The notes under the pieces are model-generated. The model was not told the DNA's origin, did not search any database, and saw nothing but the letters and a program-made list of their open reading frames with translations. Shown here in pieces: positions 8,910 through 18,747 of a DNA stretch of 42,473 bases. The stretch spans positions 1 through 42,473 of the forward strand of contig JBLWGC010000079.1 of NCBI GenBank assembly GCA_048772705.1. The letters run 5' to 3'. Position 1 is the stretch's first letter, and each line of letters starts with the position of its first letter. The position numbers and the translations under genes are program-made. The stretch comes from Leidyana gryllorum EB-2025a. Its lineage: Eukaryota > Protista > Apicomplexa.

Positions 8910-8985
8910 AATGTAAGTTGGAGATAACGAAACGATGGCTACTGACGGAGATTAGTGGAGCACTTTGCTCGAGTACTTCAATGAC

Positions 8986-9058
8986 TTCCACTGCCGGGAC
9001 TTGAACCCGCATCGTGCGGGTGAGAGCCGCATATCCTAGCCACTTAGACTACAGTGGA
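8986..9058 (-). tRNA. trnE: tRNA-Glu(CTC)
   Basis: CTCTCAC loop; one T-stem mismatch. Confidence 0.85.
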
Positions 9059-9173
9059 CAACTCCCTCAGCTGCAGCTTTAGCCGAGAGCCGTACCCTCT
9101 TGACAAGACGTGGTTGCAATCCTGCGGTACAAAAAGGATGATGTCTATACTAACCTGTGAACCATTGTAGCTG

Positions 9174-9246
9174 GGTCTTGTAGCTCAGTCGGCAGAGCGT
9201 GTGGCTGTTAACCACAAAGTCCCAGGTTCGAAACCTGCCAGGACCG
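9174..9246 (+). tRNA. trnN: tRNA-Asn(GTT)
   Basis: TGTGG-CTGTTAA-CCACA arm. Confidence 0.86.
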
Positions 9247-9361
9247 GTTTCAGAGGCACACTAAACACTGACTGCGCTGCTCTCCCAATGCCACTTGTGG
9301 TCTGCGACTCTTCAAAGATGTAAGTTTGTTTGGATCCCGCCACGTGCAGCTGTATGTACTT

Positions 9362-9434
9362 TGGACGACCTGGGTATCGATCCCTGTACCTCTCGCATGC
9401 GAAGCGAGCGCACTACCATCTGAGCTAGCCACCC
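9362..9434 (-). pseudogene. trnA: tRNA-Ala(CGC), degenerate
   Basis: TTCGCAT loop; D- and T-stem mismatches. Confidence 0.8.
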
Positions 9435-9494
9435 ATGCGCTCTACATGGAAGACCTATTGCATCCAGTGGCTGACCGAGGGCCGATAAAACGGC

Positions 9495-9574
9495 TGACAA
9501 GAGTGGGATTCGAACCCACGCCCTTTCGGACTGCGGCCTTAACACAGCGCCTTGGACCACTCGGCCATCTTGCC
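9495..9574 (-). tRNA. trnL: tRNA-Leu(AAG)
   Basis: CTGTG-TTAAGGC-CGCAG arm; variable arm. Confidence 0.93.
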
Positions 9575-9647
9575 GGAGTGTTCTTGGCTCGCCACTTTAC
9601 ACGTTTTCTGTTCGTGAAGTCTCGAGAAGAAATTCTTTTCTCACGGC

Positions 9648-9725
9648 CCGGGGTGCTTAGATGGCAACCCATCTGATGGTAGTGGTGGCATCAGCTATTC
9701 GACGAGGAAATTCCGTCCGCCGGGA
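9648..9725 (+). pseudogene. trnY: tRNA-Tyr, heavily decayed, intron still visible
   Basis: ATCTGATGGTAGTGGTGGCATCAG aligns to ATCTGACTGTAGTGCTGGCATCAG. Confidence 0.7.
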
Positions 9726-9801
9726 GTTGAGGAGTGGACTTCTTACAACGCATTCCATCCTGATCGATGCTTCGCTACCTCTACAGCCTCGCTCAAAGAT
9801 T

Positions 9802-9873
9802 GTCCGAGTCGTCTAGTGGTTAGGACAGCACGTTGTGGCCGTGCAAACCCAGGCTCGATTCCTGGCTCGGACA
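9802..9873 (+). tRNA. trnH: tRNA-His(GTG)
   Basis: GCACG-TTGTGGC-CGTGC arm; no encoded G-1; C at 54. Confidence 0.88.
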
Positions 9874-9948
9874 AGCAGTCTAAAGTGCATTGCTCTTCGC
9901 CCCGGTTGAAAATATTGTTGCAGCCATGGTCAAGCCTGTACGATCGGC

Positions 9949-10019
9949 TGCACCTGCCGGGACTCGAACCCGGGCTGCGAGCATGGGAAGCTCGCATCCT
10001 ACCCTTGGACCACAAGTGC
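9949..10019 (-). tRNA. trnG: tRNA-Gly(CCC)
   Basis: CGAGC-TTCCCAT-GCTCG arm. Confidence 0.92.
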
Positions 10020-10213
10020 ACTCGAGAAAGAGCTCCAGCACCCCGAGACTCGGCCGCAGTCTGCGTTGAGCTAGTGGGTGCCTCAAGTACTGGCAGGTTC
10101 CAGTCTGCGACTTTGTGGCTAAGAGACTTACCCTCTGGTGGCTGAACTACGAGGCTCGGCTAAGATGAAGCTTGAGAGACTTAAGCTTTGCAGGTGCCCA
10201 GTCGATGTAGTCA

Positions 10214-10285
10214 AGCCTTCTGCCGGAATCGAACCGGCGACTTCTCGATTACGAAGCGAACGCTCTGCCCCTAAGCTAAGAAGGC
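10214..10285 (-). tRNA. trnT: tRNA-Thr(CGT)
   Basis: One anticodon-stem mismatch. Confidence 0.84.
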
Positions 10286-10373
10286 AATGCAAGCCGAAGA
10301 TCACGAATCAGACACTATTGACGGAGATTGCTGGGCACTTTGCTCAAGTATTCCACTGACTTCAACCACTGAC

Positions 10374-10446
10374 TTCCACTGCCGGGACTTGAACCCGGAT
10401 CGTGCGGGTGAAAGCCGCATATCCTAGCCACTTAGACTACAGTGGA
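10374..10446 (-). tRNA. trnE: tRNA-Glu(TTC)
   Basis: TGCGG-CTTTCAC-CCGCA arm; intact. Confidence 0.93.
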
Positions 10447-10563
10447 CAACTCCCTCAGCTGCAGCTTTAGCCGAGAGCCGTACCCTCTTGACAAGACGTG
10501 GTTGCAGAATCCTGCGGTAGAAAAAGGAGGATCTCTATACTAACCTCTGAAGCATTGTAGCTG

Positions 10564-10636
10564 GGTCTTGTAGCTCAGTCGGCAGAGCGTGTGGCTGTTA
10601 ACCACAAAGTCGCAGGTTCGAAACCTGCCAGGACTG
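10564..10636 (+). tRNA. trnN: tRNA-Asn(GTT)
   Basis: Intact cloverleaf. Confidence 0.91.
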
Positions 10637-10751
10637 GTTTCAGAGGCACACTAAACACTGAGTGCGCTGCTCTCCCAATGGCCCTTGTGGTCTGCGACTC
10701 TTCAAAGATGTAAGTTTGTTTGGATCCCGCCACGTGCAGCCGTACGTACTT

Positions 10752-10824
10752 TGGACGACCTGGGTATCGATCCCAGTACCTCTCGCATGCGAAGCGAGCG
10801 CTCTACCATCTGAGCTAGCCGCCC
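10752..10824 (-). tRNA. trnA: tRNA-Ala(CGC)
   Basis: CTCGC-TTCGCAT-GCGAG arm; G3-U70. Confidence 0.93.
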
Positions 10825-10884
10825 ATGCGCTCTACATGGAAGACCTATTGCGTCCAGTGGCTGACCGAGGGCCGATAAAACGGC

Positions 10885-10964
10885 TGACAAGAGTGGGATT
10901 CGAACCCAAGCCCTTTCGGACTGCGGCCTTAACACAGCGCCTTGGACCACTCGGCCATCTTGCC
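10885..10964 (-). tRNA. trnL: tRNA-Leu(AAG)
   Basis: One T-stem mismatch. Confidence 0.86.
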
Positions 10965-11176
10965 GGAGTGTTCTTGGCTCGCCACTTTACACGTTTTCTG
11001 TTCGTGAAGTCTCGAGAAGGAAGGCTTTTCTCACGGCCCGGGGTGCTTAGATGGCAACCCATCTGATTGCAGTGGCATCAGCTATTCGACGGGTAAATGA
11101 CGTAATTCGTCTGACGTTCCTGTTCCATTCCATCCGGATCGATGCTTCGCTACCTCTAAAGCCTCGCTCAAAGATT

Positions 11177-11248
11177 GTCCAAGTCGTCTAGTGGTTAGGA
11201 CAGCACGTTGTGGCCGTGCAATCCCAGGCTCGATTCCTGGCTCGGACA
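11177..11248 (+). tRNA. trnH: tRNA-His(GTG)
   Basis: Copy of 9802-9873 with one acceptor mismatch. Confidence 0.83.
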
Positions 11249-11327
11249 AGCAGTCTAAAGTGCATTGCTCTTCGCCCCGAGATGTTGAAAATATCGTTGC
11301 AGCCATGGTCAAGTCTGTACGATCGGC

Positions 11328-11398
11328 TGCACCTACCGGGACTCGAACCCGGGCTGCGAGCATGGGAAGCTCGCATCCTACCCTTGGACCACAAATGC
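11328..11398 (-). tRNA. trnG: tRNA-Gly(CCC)
   Basis: TTCCCAT loop. Confidence 0.87.
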
Positions 11399-11531
11399 AC
11401 TTGAGAAAGAGCTTCAGCACCATGAGACTCGGCCGCAGTCTGCGTTGAGCTAGTGGGTGAGAATTCATGCGTAAGTTGGTGTCTGACCCCTCCAATCATA
11501 TCGCACGACAACTCCGACACTTGCCTCCTTA

Positions 11532-11612
11532 TGCGAGAAGTGGGGTTCGAACCCACGCGGAATTAACCAGTGGATCTTAAGGCCACCCCCTTAACCTCTC
11601 GGGCATTCTCGC
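11532..11612 (-). tRNA. trnL: tRNA-Leu(TAA)
   Basis: GCGAGAA/TTCTCGC acceptor; CTTAAGA loop; variable arm; 31-39 mismatch. Confidence 0.86.
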
Positions 11613-11820
11613 AATGCAGCATCGAAATAAGTAGTCTGGGGTTCCTGCGGGTAGCCAGTGCCGACCATGTGAGTGGGGTCTGAACACAGCCCCTTGCCCA
11701 CTGGGGCATCTTGCCACATTCTGGTAGGCGCAAGTCTGCATGGGTGCGAATCCCATTCTGTGCAACGGTACTCATTCCAGGGCGGAATTGGCCATTACAT
11801 CGTGGATCCCCCCAACATTC

Positions 11821-11894
11821 GGCTGTTCGGTCTAGTGGTATGATCCTTCCTTAGGGGGTGGAAGGAGTCCTGGGTTCGATTCCTAAAACAGCCT
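11821..11894 (+). pseudogene. trnP: tRNA-Pro(AGG), 2-nt loop insertion
   Basis: CTTCC-TTAGGGGGT-GGAAG. Confidence 0.8.
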
Positions 11895-12062
11895 TTTTGC
11901 TACCGGCTGACGAGGGTCTGGGAGAGTTGATACACGCATCCCCTGTCTCAAATACGATAACGAGTCCGCCTACCACGTCACTCGACAGCTGCTAGATTCG
12001 AACCAGTGGGGCCAGGCGATACTGACGACTCAGGTGTTTGAGACAGTGAGGCTGTGGGTTGT

Positions 12063-12135
12063 GCGGTGGTGGCGCAATGGATAGCGTGTTGCCCTCCGGA
12101 GGCAAAGGTTGGGGGTTCGAGTCCCGCCCACCGTT
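12063..12135 (+). tRNA. trnR: tRNA-Arg(CCG)
   Basis: TTGCC-CTCCGGA-GGCAA arm; GCGGTGG/CCACCGT acceptor. Confidence 0.88.
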
Positions 12136-12831
12136 CTCGTAGTCCCGCTCAACCGTGGAATCGAGAAGAGTGGCTGCCATTCGGAGCCGTGCAGACTTGC
12201 GCCATCCAAACTCAAGTTTGGCACCGCAGGCCACCGCGATCTGTGCCGCAGTGTTGAGCTTGAGGGCTCGAAGTGCCACTGTTGAGGAACCGAGCCTGGA
12301 AAAGTTCACTTGGGTTTAGCGGATAGGCGGCTATCCCAAGTGCCAGAGAGGTGACTTTGCAGGCCAAATGTGCGGGGGTCGATACCAGGTCGGGGAGCTC
12401 TCGAAAAAAGACGCCTGTGAATCATTTCGATAAGTGTGTCCCCCTGCGGGCGCTCACCAGTGCGTCGTTGCGATCGACGGAACTTTGGGTCATGAGCCCA
12501 ACACTCTCCTCGTGTCTCTCTGAGCGCTACAGCCTCTGTCGATCTTTCGACTGCACTTGTGCTCTCACGACAAAATGCGACCGTGCTGAGGTCGTAACGC
12601 GGACTGAGTTCCCGCAGGTGCAGCCGTATGCAAGTCGGACGACCTGTCTATCGATCTCATCTGGCATGTCAATGAGCACTCTACTCTTTGAGCTAGCGGT
12701 CTCCAGCTTAGAAGAGCTATTGCATGCCCTGCTTGATGAGTGGACGATTGCCCGTTGAGAATCTGCGGAACGCTGCTGGCAAGCTCGGGTCGCACGGCTG
12801 TGAGGGATGACACCAAATGTCACAACCTCTC

Positions 12832-12904
12832 TGCCTCGGCCGTGGATCGAACACGGGACTTCCAGATCTTCAGTCTGGCGCTCTCCCAACTGAGCTACCG
12901 AGGC
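12832..12904 (-). tRNA. trnF: tRNA-Phe(GAA)
   Basis: Fully paired cloverleaf; GTTCGAT T-loop. Confidence 0.95.
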
Positions 12905-13019
12905 GGTAGGTAGTCACGGAAGGCCGTGAGGATGAGCACCTACCGCGGCCGTATGTGGGGCCACTGCCCGCTCAAAATGCGAGGACTTCTGGGGTTGGAG
13001 GCGGGCGTGTTTACTAGCG

Positions 13020-13090
13020 TCCGAGATAGTATAGTGGTCAGTATTCCGCCTGTCACGCGGAAGACCCGGGTTCGATTCCCGGTCTCGAAA
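13020..13090 (+). pseudogene. trnD: tRNA-Asp(GTC), degenerate
   Basis: 1-nt deletion; acceptor mismatch. Confidence 0.8.
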
Positions 13091-13145
13091 CGCAGGTGGT
13101 TTCGCTTAAGATTGTCTTTTTTGGTGCCCGCTGAAAGTTGCGAGC

Positions 13146-13218
13146 TACAGCCACCGAGGATCGAACTCGGGACCTTCTGCGTGTGAAGCAGACGTCGTAA
13201 CCACTAGACCATGGCTGC
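13146..13218 (-). tRNA. trnV: tRNA-Val(CAC)
   Basis: Intact. Confidence 0.93.
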
Positions 13219-13509
13219 GTGGATGGTCCCCGCAGCCCAAGAAAAGTGGCGAAGCTTCAGGGAGTAGTGAGGACCAGTTCAAGGGTCGCGCCGGGATCGA
13301 ACCCAGGTCGGAAAATCCAAAGTGTCGAGTGCTAACCACCAAGGACGCAACCGGTTCAGCCCATCCCAGAAGAGTCGGACTAACGCTTCCTCAACTGGAC
13401 ACATGCAACACGGGTCTTGTATACAGACCCCAGCGTAAAGAGTTGGATTCGAGTCGGGCAAAAACCTCAGTTCAATCATTCAACCAGTTGCGCTCTCCCC
13501 GAATAATAC

Positions 13510-13591
13510 CGACAAGGGTGAGATTCGAACTCACGCGGGTGGAACCCAACGGCTTAGCAGGCCGCCGCCTTAACCACTCGGCCACCTTGCC
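13510..13591 (-). tRNA. trnS: tRNA-Ser(GCT)
   Basis: Copy of 4135-4216. Confidence 0.93.
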
Positions 13592-13700
13592 GACGACATC
13601 TCTTACTCACTGGCACTTTTTCACAACGGTTTGGGGTCCTAGTCAAGCTTGCTGAACCGTATGTGACATCACTGGCCGCAAAATGCCGAGTTCGACAGGT

Positions 13701-13782
13701 GGCAACCTGCCCGAGTGGTTAAGGGGGTAGACTCGAAATCTACTGGGCCTGGCCCGCGCTGGTTCAAATCCAGCAGTTGTCG
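13701..13782 (+). tRNA. trnS: tRNA-Ser(CGA)
   Basis: Copy of 4326-4407. Confidence 0.86.
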
Positions 13783-13846
13783 TGCGATGTGGTGGAAATG
13801 ATGCAATTCCCAGCATCAAAAACTCATATGGGTCGAGACAGGGAAT

Positions 13847-13918
13847 GCCTTCTTAGCTTAGGGGCAGAGCATTCGCTTTGTAAGCGAAAGGTCGCTGGTT
13901 CGATTCCGGCAGGAGGCT
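13847..13918 (+). tRNA. trnT: tRNA-Thr(TGT)
   Basis: TTTGTAA loop. Confidence 0.89.
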
Positions 13919-14080
13919 TCAGTCATTAGCCTAAACATGGTTGCGATCATCCGCCCGCATTTTCGGACGGCGACTTGCACACAGCACTCGGCCATCTTGC
14001 CGAAGTGTTACCCGTTTCCTGTCCGTGAAATTTCAAAATGCGAGGAGTTCTGGGGTTGGAGGCCGGCGTGTTTACTAGCG

Positions 14081-14152
14081 TCCGAGATAGTATAGTGGTC
14101 AGTATTTCCGCCTGTCACGCGGAAGACCCGGGTTCGATCCCCGGTCTCGGAG
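14081..14152 (+). tRNA. trnD: tRNA-Asp(GTC)
   Basis: Intact. Confidence 0.93.
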
Positions 14153-14528
14153 CAGTTCCAGCCCCTCACAACTGGTGCAACTCAGATTTTGTCTCAGCTG
14201 GTCTGGACTTCATCCGGCATTGTAAGAGTGGGAGCCGCATATAGAAGCCGACCTTGGAGAGACGTGGCATTGAGTCAACAACTATCAAACGGGCTGTTCT
14301 GGGAATCGAACCCAGGACTTCTTCCACCAAAGGAAGAATATATAACTGGACCAAACAGAGCGCTGTGGGTGCGTCAGGTACTGGCAGGTTCCAAACCTGC
14401 GAATCACTCTGGGCTCAACCGGACTCTATGTTTTTCCCGTTTGGGGCGCAACCTGACAAAAGTGGGATTCGAACCCACGACCTGTCGGACTCCGGTCTGA
14501 GCACAGCGCCTCAGACCACTCGGTCATC

Positions 14529-14600
14529 GGCTGTTTGGTCTAGTGATATGATCCTTCCTTTGGGTGGAAGAAGTCCTGGGTTCGATTCCCAGAACAGCCC
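14529..14600 (+). tRNA. trnP: tRNA-Pro(TGG), D-loop GG>GA
   Basis: TTTGGGT loop. Confidence 0.78.
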
Positions 14601-14789
14601 GTCTGGTACTTGTTGACTCAAAACGCCAGTCTATCCAAGGTCGGATGAGATATGCTGCTCCCGACAGCTAAGACAACATTTGAGTTATATATGCATGGCA
14701 TCTTCGCCGGATTAACTCCAGTTGGCCCATCAACGCTTTTTGCCAAAGTCCATCAGGTTGAGTAGTAGTTTGCACAGCATCTCTCTACT

Positions 14790-14869
14790 TCCGGTGGGAC
14801 GGAATCGACCCGCCGACTATCTGATGCCAGTACTACAGTCAGATTCTCCACCAACTGACCTACCCCCGG
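14790..14869 (-). pseudogene. trnY: tRNA-Tyr(GTA) with 7-nt intron, degenerate
   Basis: Homology to 20519-20598. Confidence 0.8.
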
Positions 14870-15144
14870 CTGTCCAACTGTGACGAGGTTCGCAGGCGCA
14901 ACCTCAGAACCTCAAAAGTGACACTTCAAGCTCTCAAGTACGGCACAGATTACGGGCGTGTTGGGTGTGTTCATTTGAGAAAGTGCTAGTCCGGATAATT
15001 CTACCGACTCTTCTGGGATGGGCTGAAGCGGTTGCGTGGTGTAGTGGTTAGCACTGGAGACTCTGAATCTCCCGACCTGGGTTCGATTCGGTCCTCACTA
15101 CTCCCTGAATTTTCGCCATCTCTTGGGCTGCGGGGACCATTCGT

Positions 15145-15217
15145 GCCGCCACGGTCTAGTGGTAACGACGTCTGCTTTACACGCAGAAGGTCCCGAGTTC
15201 AATCATCGGTGGCTGTA
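15145..15217 (+). pseudogene. trnV: tRNA-Val(TAC), degenerate
   Basis: TCTGC-TTTACAC-GCAGA arm; U8, acceptor and T-stem mutated. Confidence 0.82.
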
Positions 15218-15360
15218 GCTCGCAACTTTCAGCGAGAACCAAAGGAAACATCGACCGTGCTTCGGAACGGGCATCGGGCGCGGGTCTTCAACCCCAAAAG
15301 CCTTCCTTCTCGACACTTCACGAAAAGAAAACGTGTCAAGTGGCGAGCCAAGAACACTCC

Positions 15361-15440
15361 GGCAAGATGGCCGAGTGGTCTAAGGCGCTGTGTTAAGGCC
15401 GCAGTCCGAAAGGGCGTGGGTTCGAATCCCACTCTTGTCA
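15361..15440 (+). tRNA. trnL: tRNA-Leu(AAG)
   Basis: Intact. Confidence 0.94.
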
Positions 15441-15500
15441 GCCGTTGTATCGGCACTCGGTCAGCCACTGGATGCAGAAGGTTTTCCATGTAGAGCGGAA

Positions 15501-15573
15501 GGGCGGCTAGCTCAGATGGTAGAGCGCTCGCTTTGCAGGCGAGAGGTACTGGGATCGATACCCAGGTTGTCCA
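15501..15573 (+). tRNA. trnA: tRNA-Ala(TGC)
   Basis: TTTGCAG loop; G3-U70. Confidence 0.86.
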
Positions 15574-15760
15574 AACTCAGTAGGGCGACTTTGTGGTAAA
15601 CAGCTACACGCTTTGCCGACTGAGCTACAAGACCCAGTTGCAATGTTCTTCCAAGCGAGGAAAAATCATACCTGCAGACCAAACAGCCCCTGGTCGGGCC
15701 TGGTGCCGAAGCTTGTCAGCGTCTCTGTCAATCTGCCACGGCTGTTTGAGGCGTGCCTCC

Positions 15761-15831
15761 TGCGTCTGCCGGGAATCGAACCTGGGTCGTCTCGGTGGCA
15801 ACGACACATTCTACCACTAGACCACAGATGC
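15761..15831 (-). pseudogene. trnG: tRNA-Gly(GCC), stem mismatches
   Basis: Inverted copy of 7030-7100. Confidence 0.8.
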
Positions 15832-15927
15832 ATGACTCGTTGTTGTTCAAGCTCGTGCACAATAACGGCCGTTTTGCTTCAAATGAGAAGACAGAATCGA
15901 GTTGAGCGAGTATGACGGGTAGTTTAT

Positions 15928-15999
15928 GGGTACGTAGCTCAGTGGTAGAGCAGCTGACTGCAGATCAGCAAGTCCGTGGTTCAACTCCGCGCGTGCCCT
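15928..15999 (+). tRNA. trnC: tRNA-Cys(GCA)
   Basis: Intact; U73 discriminator; GGTTCAACTCC T-arm. Confidence 0.94.
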
Positions 16000-16080
16000 G
16001 AAGATGGTTTGGAACGATCGGAGATGTTGGACCTCCATTCCTGACCACAAGGCAATTAGTTTGGAACGGGAGATGGTTTT

Positions 16081-16152
16081 GGGCCTATGACGCAATGGTA
16101 GCGCGTCTGACTCCAGATCAGAAGGTTGGGTGTTCGAATCACTCTGGGCTCA
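16081..16152 (+). tRNA. trnW: tRNA-Trp(CCA), D-stem mismatch
   Basis: CTCCAGA loop. Confidence 0.84.
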
Positions 16153-16188
16153 ACCGGACTCTATGTTTTTCCCGTTTGGGGCGCAACC

Positions 16189-16268
16189 TGACAAAAGTGG
16201 GATTCGAACCCACGACCTTCCGGACTCCGGTCTGAGCACAGCGCCTCAGACCACTTGGTCATCTTGCC
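16189..16268 (-). pseudogene. trnL: tRNA-Leu(CAG), degenerate
   Basis: Copy of 3483-3562. Confidence 0.8.
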
Positions 16269-16362
16269 GGGATGTTGTTGGCTCGCCGCTCCACGCGTTT
16301 TCTATCCCTGGAATCTCAAGATGGAAGGACTTTTGGGGTTTCAGGCCGGTGTGTTCGGAGCG

Positions 16363-16433
16363 TCCGAGATAGTATAGCGGTTAGTACTTCCGCCTATCAC
16401 GCGGAAAACCAAGATCGATTCCCGGTCTCGGAG
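16363..16433 (+). pseudogene. trnD: tRNA-Asp with ATC anticodon, broken T-arm
   Basis: TCCGC-CTATCAC-GCGGA arm. Confidence 0.8.
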
Positions 16434-16488
16434 CACAGTTGGTTGCGCTTAGGATTGTTTCTTTCGGATCTCGCTGAAAGTTGCGAGC

Positions 16489-16561
16489 TACAGCCACCGA
16501 GGATCGGACTCGGGACCTTCTGCGTGTGAAGCAGACGTCGTGACCACTAGACCATGGCTGC
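16489..16561 (-). tRNA. trnV: tRNA-Val(CAC), T-loop variant
   Basis: TTCACAC loop. Confidence 0.8.
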
Positions 16562-16661
16562 ACGGAGCCTGCGGACTGGGAAAAAGGCGTGTGTCTCTGG
16601 AAACACGTATCAGCGCTAGTCCGGATGGCTTTACCAACTCTTTTTTGGGAAGGACTGAATG

Positions 16662-16733
16662 GGTTGCGTGGTGTAGTGGTTAGCACTGGTGACTCTGAAT
16701 CTCCCGACCTGCGTTCGATTCCCGGCGCGACCT
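16662..16733 (+). pseudogene. trnQ: tRNA-Gln(CTG), stem mismatches
   Basis: CTCTGAA loop. Confidence 0.8.
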
Positions 16734-16796
16734 CAAAACTAGTACTCACTACTTCGTAAAACCCCGCCACTTCTCTTGGGCTGCGGGACCTTCTCT

Positions 16797-16869
16797 GCAG
16801 CCATGGTCTAGTGGTCACGACGTCTGCTTCACACGCAGAAGGTCCCGAGTTCGATTCTCGGTGGCTGTA
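16797..16869 (+). tRNA. trnV: tRNA-Val(CAC)
   Basis: Near-intact. Confidence 0.88.
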
Positions 16870-16922
16870 GCTCGCACCTTTATCTGAGCACCACGAAATC
16901 TGCAGCGGAAAAACGAACTGTG

Positions 16923-16993
16923 CTCCGAGACCGGGAATCGACCCTGGTCTTCCGCGTGATAGGCAGAAATCCTAACCGCTATACTATCTCGGA
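16923..16993 (-). pseudogene. trnD: tRNA-Asp with ATC anticodon, degenerate
   Basis: Inverted relative of 16363-16433. Confidence 0.78.
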
Positions 16994-17087
16994 CGCTCTG
17001 GATACGCCGGCCTCCAACCCCAGAAGTTCTTCCATTTTGAGATTCCACGGATAGAAAACGCGTGGGGCGGTGAGCCAACAACATTTC

Positions 17088-17166
17088 GGCAAGATGGCCG
17101 AGTGGTCTAGTGGTAGAATGTCTCGTTGCCATCGAGACGACCCGGGTTCGATTCCCGGCAGATGCA
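17088..17166 (+). pseudogene. Chimeric tRNA: Leu 5' end fused to Gly(GCC)
   Basis: GGCAAGATGGCCGA-[GTGGTCTA]-GTGGTAGAATGTCTCGTTGCCATCG; 8-nt shared junction. Confidence 0.9.
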
Positions 17167-17242
17167 GAAGACACAGTTGGTTTTCCCACCATTCCAGGGA
17201 TTCACGCTTGAGTTGGTGTCTGACCCCTCCGATCACATAACA

Positions 17243-17325
17243 CGACAACTGCTGGATCTGCACCAGCCCGGCCCAGACCCTGTAGAGATCAAATCTTCTC
17301 CCCTTAACCACTCGGGCAAGTTGCC
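17243..17325 (-). pseudogene. trnS: tRNA-Ser(TGA), decayed
   Basis: Ser acceptor and D-arm retained. Confidence 0.75.
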
Positions 17326-17541
17326 AACTGTCGAATTCGACATGCCGCGAGGAGTGACCAAATACCCCCATGTTCAGCCTGTCCTGCGGCATTTATAGGT
17401 GTCTAAACTCACCTCTCGCGTGCAAAGTCACCGCTCTACCACTTGAGAAGCTGCCCACCCGCCAAACCTAGGTGAATTTCCCACCTGAGATCGATCACAG
17501 TTTTCTGGCGCCTCATTCGTCAGTGCAACTGTTGTGACTCG

Positions 17542-17614
17542 TCCACTGTAGTCTAAGTGGCTAGGATATGCGGCTTTCACCCGCACGATCCGGGTTCAAG
17601 TCCCGGCAGTGGAA
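17542..17614 (+). tRNA. trnE: tRNA-Glu(TTC)
   Basis: Intact. Confidence 0.93.
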
Positions 17615-17690
17615 GTCATTAGAGTACTCGATCAAAGTGCTCTGATAACTTGTGTCAATAGGGACTGATGCGTGACTCCCGGCTTGCATT

Positions 17691-17762
17691 GCCTTCTTAG
17701 CTTAGGGGCAGAGCATTCGCTTAGTAAGCGAAGGGTCGCCGGTTCGACTCCGGCAGAAGCCT
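17691..17762 (+). tRNA. trnT: tRNA-Thr(AGT)
   Basis: TTCGC-TTAGTAA-GCGAA arm; one acceptor mismatch. Confidence 0.84.
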
Positions 17763-17810
17763 TTGCTCACGAGCCGAACTATTCTAAACTGTTTCCCTTT
17801 TGCGCACACT

Positions 17811-17882
17811 TAGCAGTGAGTCGTTTCGATCGACTGACCTTTGGGTTATGAGCCCAACACTCTTCCAATGAGCTACACTGCT
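17811..17882 (-). tRNA. trnM: Initiator tRNA-Met(CAT)
   Basis: A1-U72; GGG/CCC anticodon stem; GATCGAAA T-loop. Confidence 0.86.
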
Positions 17883-18017
17883 CAGTCCGCAACATGGAAG
17901 AGGTAGCCGAAATGCGATTCTTGAGATGTTAATTGTCTTGAGTGTCGAAGTGGGCTAACGAGGTGGATGTGTTAGTTCTAAAACTGCTTATCCCATCGGG
18001 TCAACCGACAGCCAAGA

Positions 18018-18093
18018 GGGCTGTTCTGGGAATCGAACCCAGGACTCCTTCCACCCACCCTAAGGAAAGATCGTACCACTAGACCAAACAGCC
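18018..18093 (-). pseudogene. trnP: tRNA-Pro(AGG), 4-nt duplication
   Basis: CCACCCACCCTAAGG on + strand. Confidence 0.8.
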
Positions 18094-18348
18094 GCCTAGC
18101 CGGTGGTTCAACCCGCTGGGTACAGTCGAGAGACTCGTCTCACTATGTGAAGTATTACTCAATCCCATGAGGTGGGCACAGAGGGAGGCTAGCCCAGATG
18201 ATGAAACGGTGGCTTAGTATACGAAAGTTTTTGGGATCGATTCCCAGCCCATCCAAGCTACATAGATGGAACCCTCACCGGAGTAGTCTAGTTGGCCTAT
18301 CAACGCTGCCATCAGGTTGAGTAGTAGTTTGCCGATCACCCCTCTACT

Positions 18349-18428
18349 TGCGGTGGGACGGAATCGGACCGCCGACTATCTGATGCCAGCACTACAGTCA
18401 GATGCTCCACCAACTGAGCTACCCCCGG
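18349..18428 (-). pseudogene. trnY: tRNA-Tyr(GTA) with 7-nt intron, degenerate
   Basis: Homology to 20519-20598. Confidence 0.82.
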
Positions 18429-18747
18429 CCGTCCAACTGCTCCGGGGTTCGAAAGGCTCAACCCCAGATCCTCGCCCTGTCGCACTGCGGTCTGAGCACA
18501 GCGCCTTGGACAAATCGGCCATCTTGCCGGGATGTTGTTGGCTCGCCGCTCCACGCGTTTTCTGTGCTTGACATCTCATAATGGAAGAACTTTTGGGGTT
18601 GGAGGCCGGCGTGTTCAGAGCATTTGAGATAGTATAGTGGTTAGTATTTCCGCCTGTCTCGGAAGACCCGGGTTCGATTTCCGCTCTCGCAGCACAGTTG
18701 ATTTCGCTTAAGATTCTCCTCTTTGGTTCCCGCTGAAAGTTGCGAGC

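Larger units (their letters stand above)
8986..11460. repeat. Tandem duplication (~1.39 kb period) of a Glu-Asn-Ala-Leu-His-Gly block; third copy ~29040-30120
   Basis: Glu 8986/10374, Asn 9174/10564, Leu 9495/10885, His 9802/11177. Confidence 0.92.
13110..13918 (+). repeat. Direct segmental duplicate of ~3745-4543 (Val-Gln-Ser-Ser-Thr)
   Basis: Near-identical sequence including spacers. Confidence 0.92.

Noticed and set aside
9655-9720. Hammerhead-like CTGATG...GAAA...GTC motif
   Set aside because: It lacks the CUGANGA core and the stems, and aligns colinearly to tRNA-Tyr, so it is a decayed Tyr
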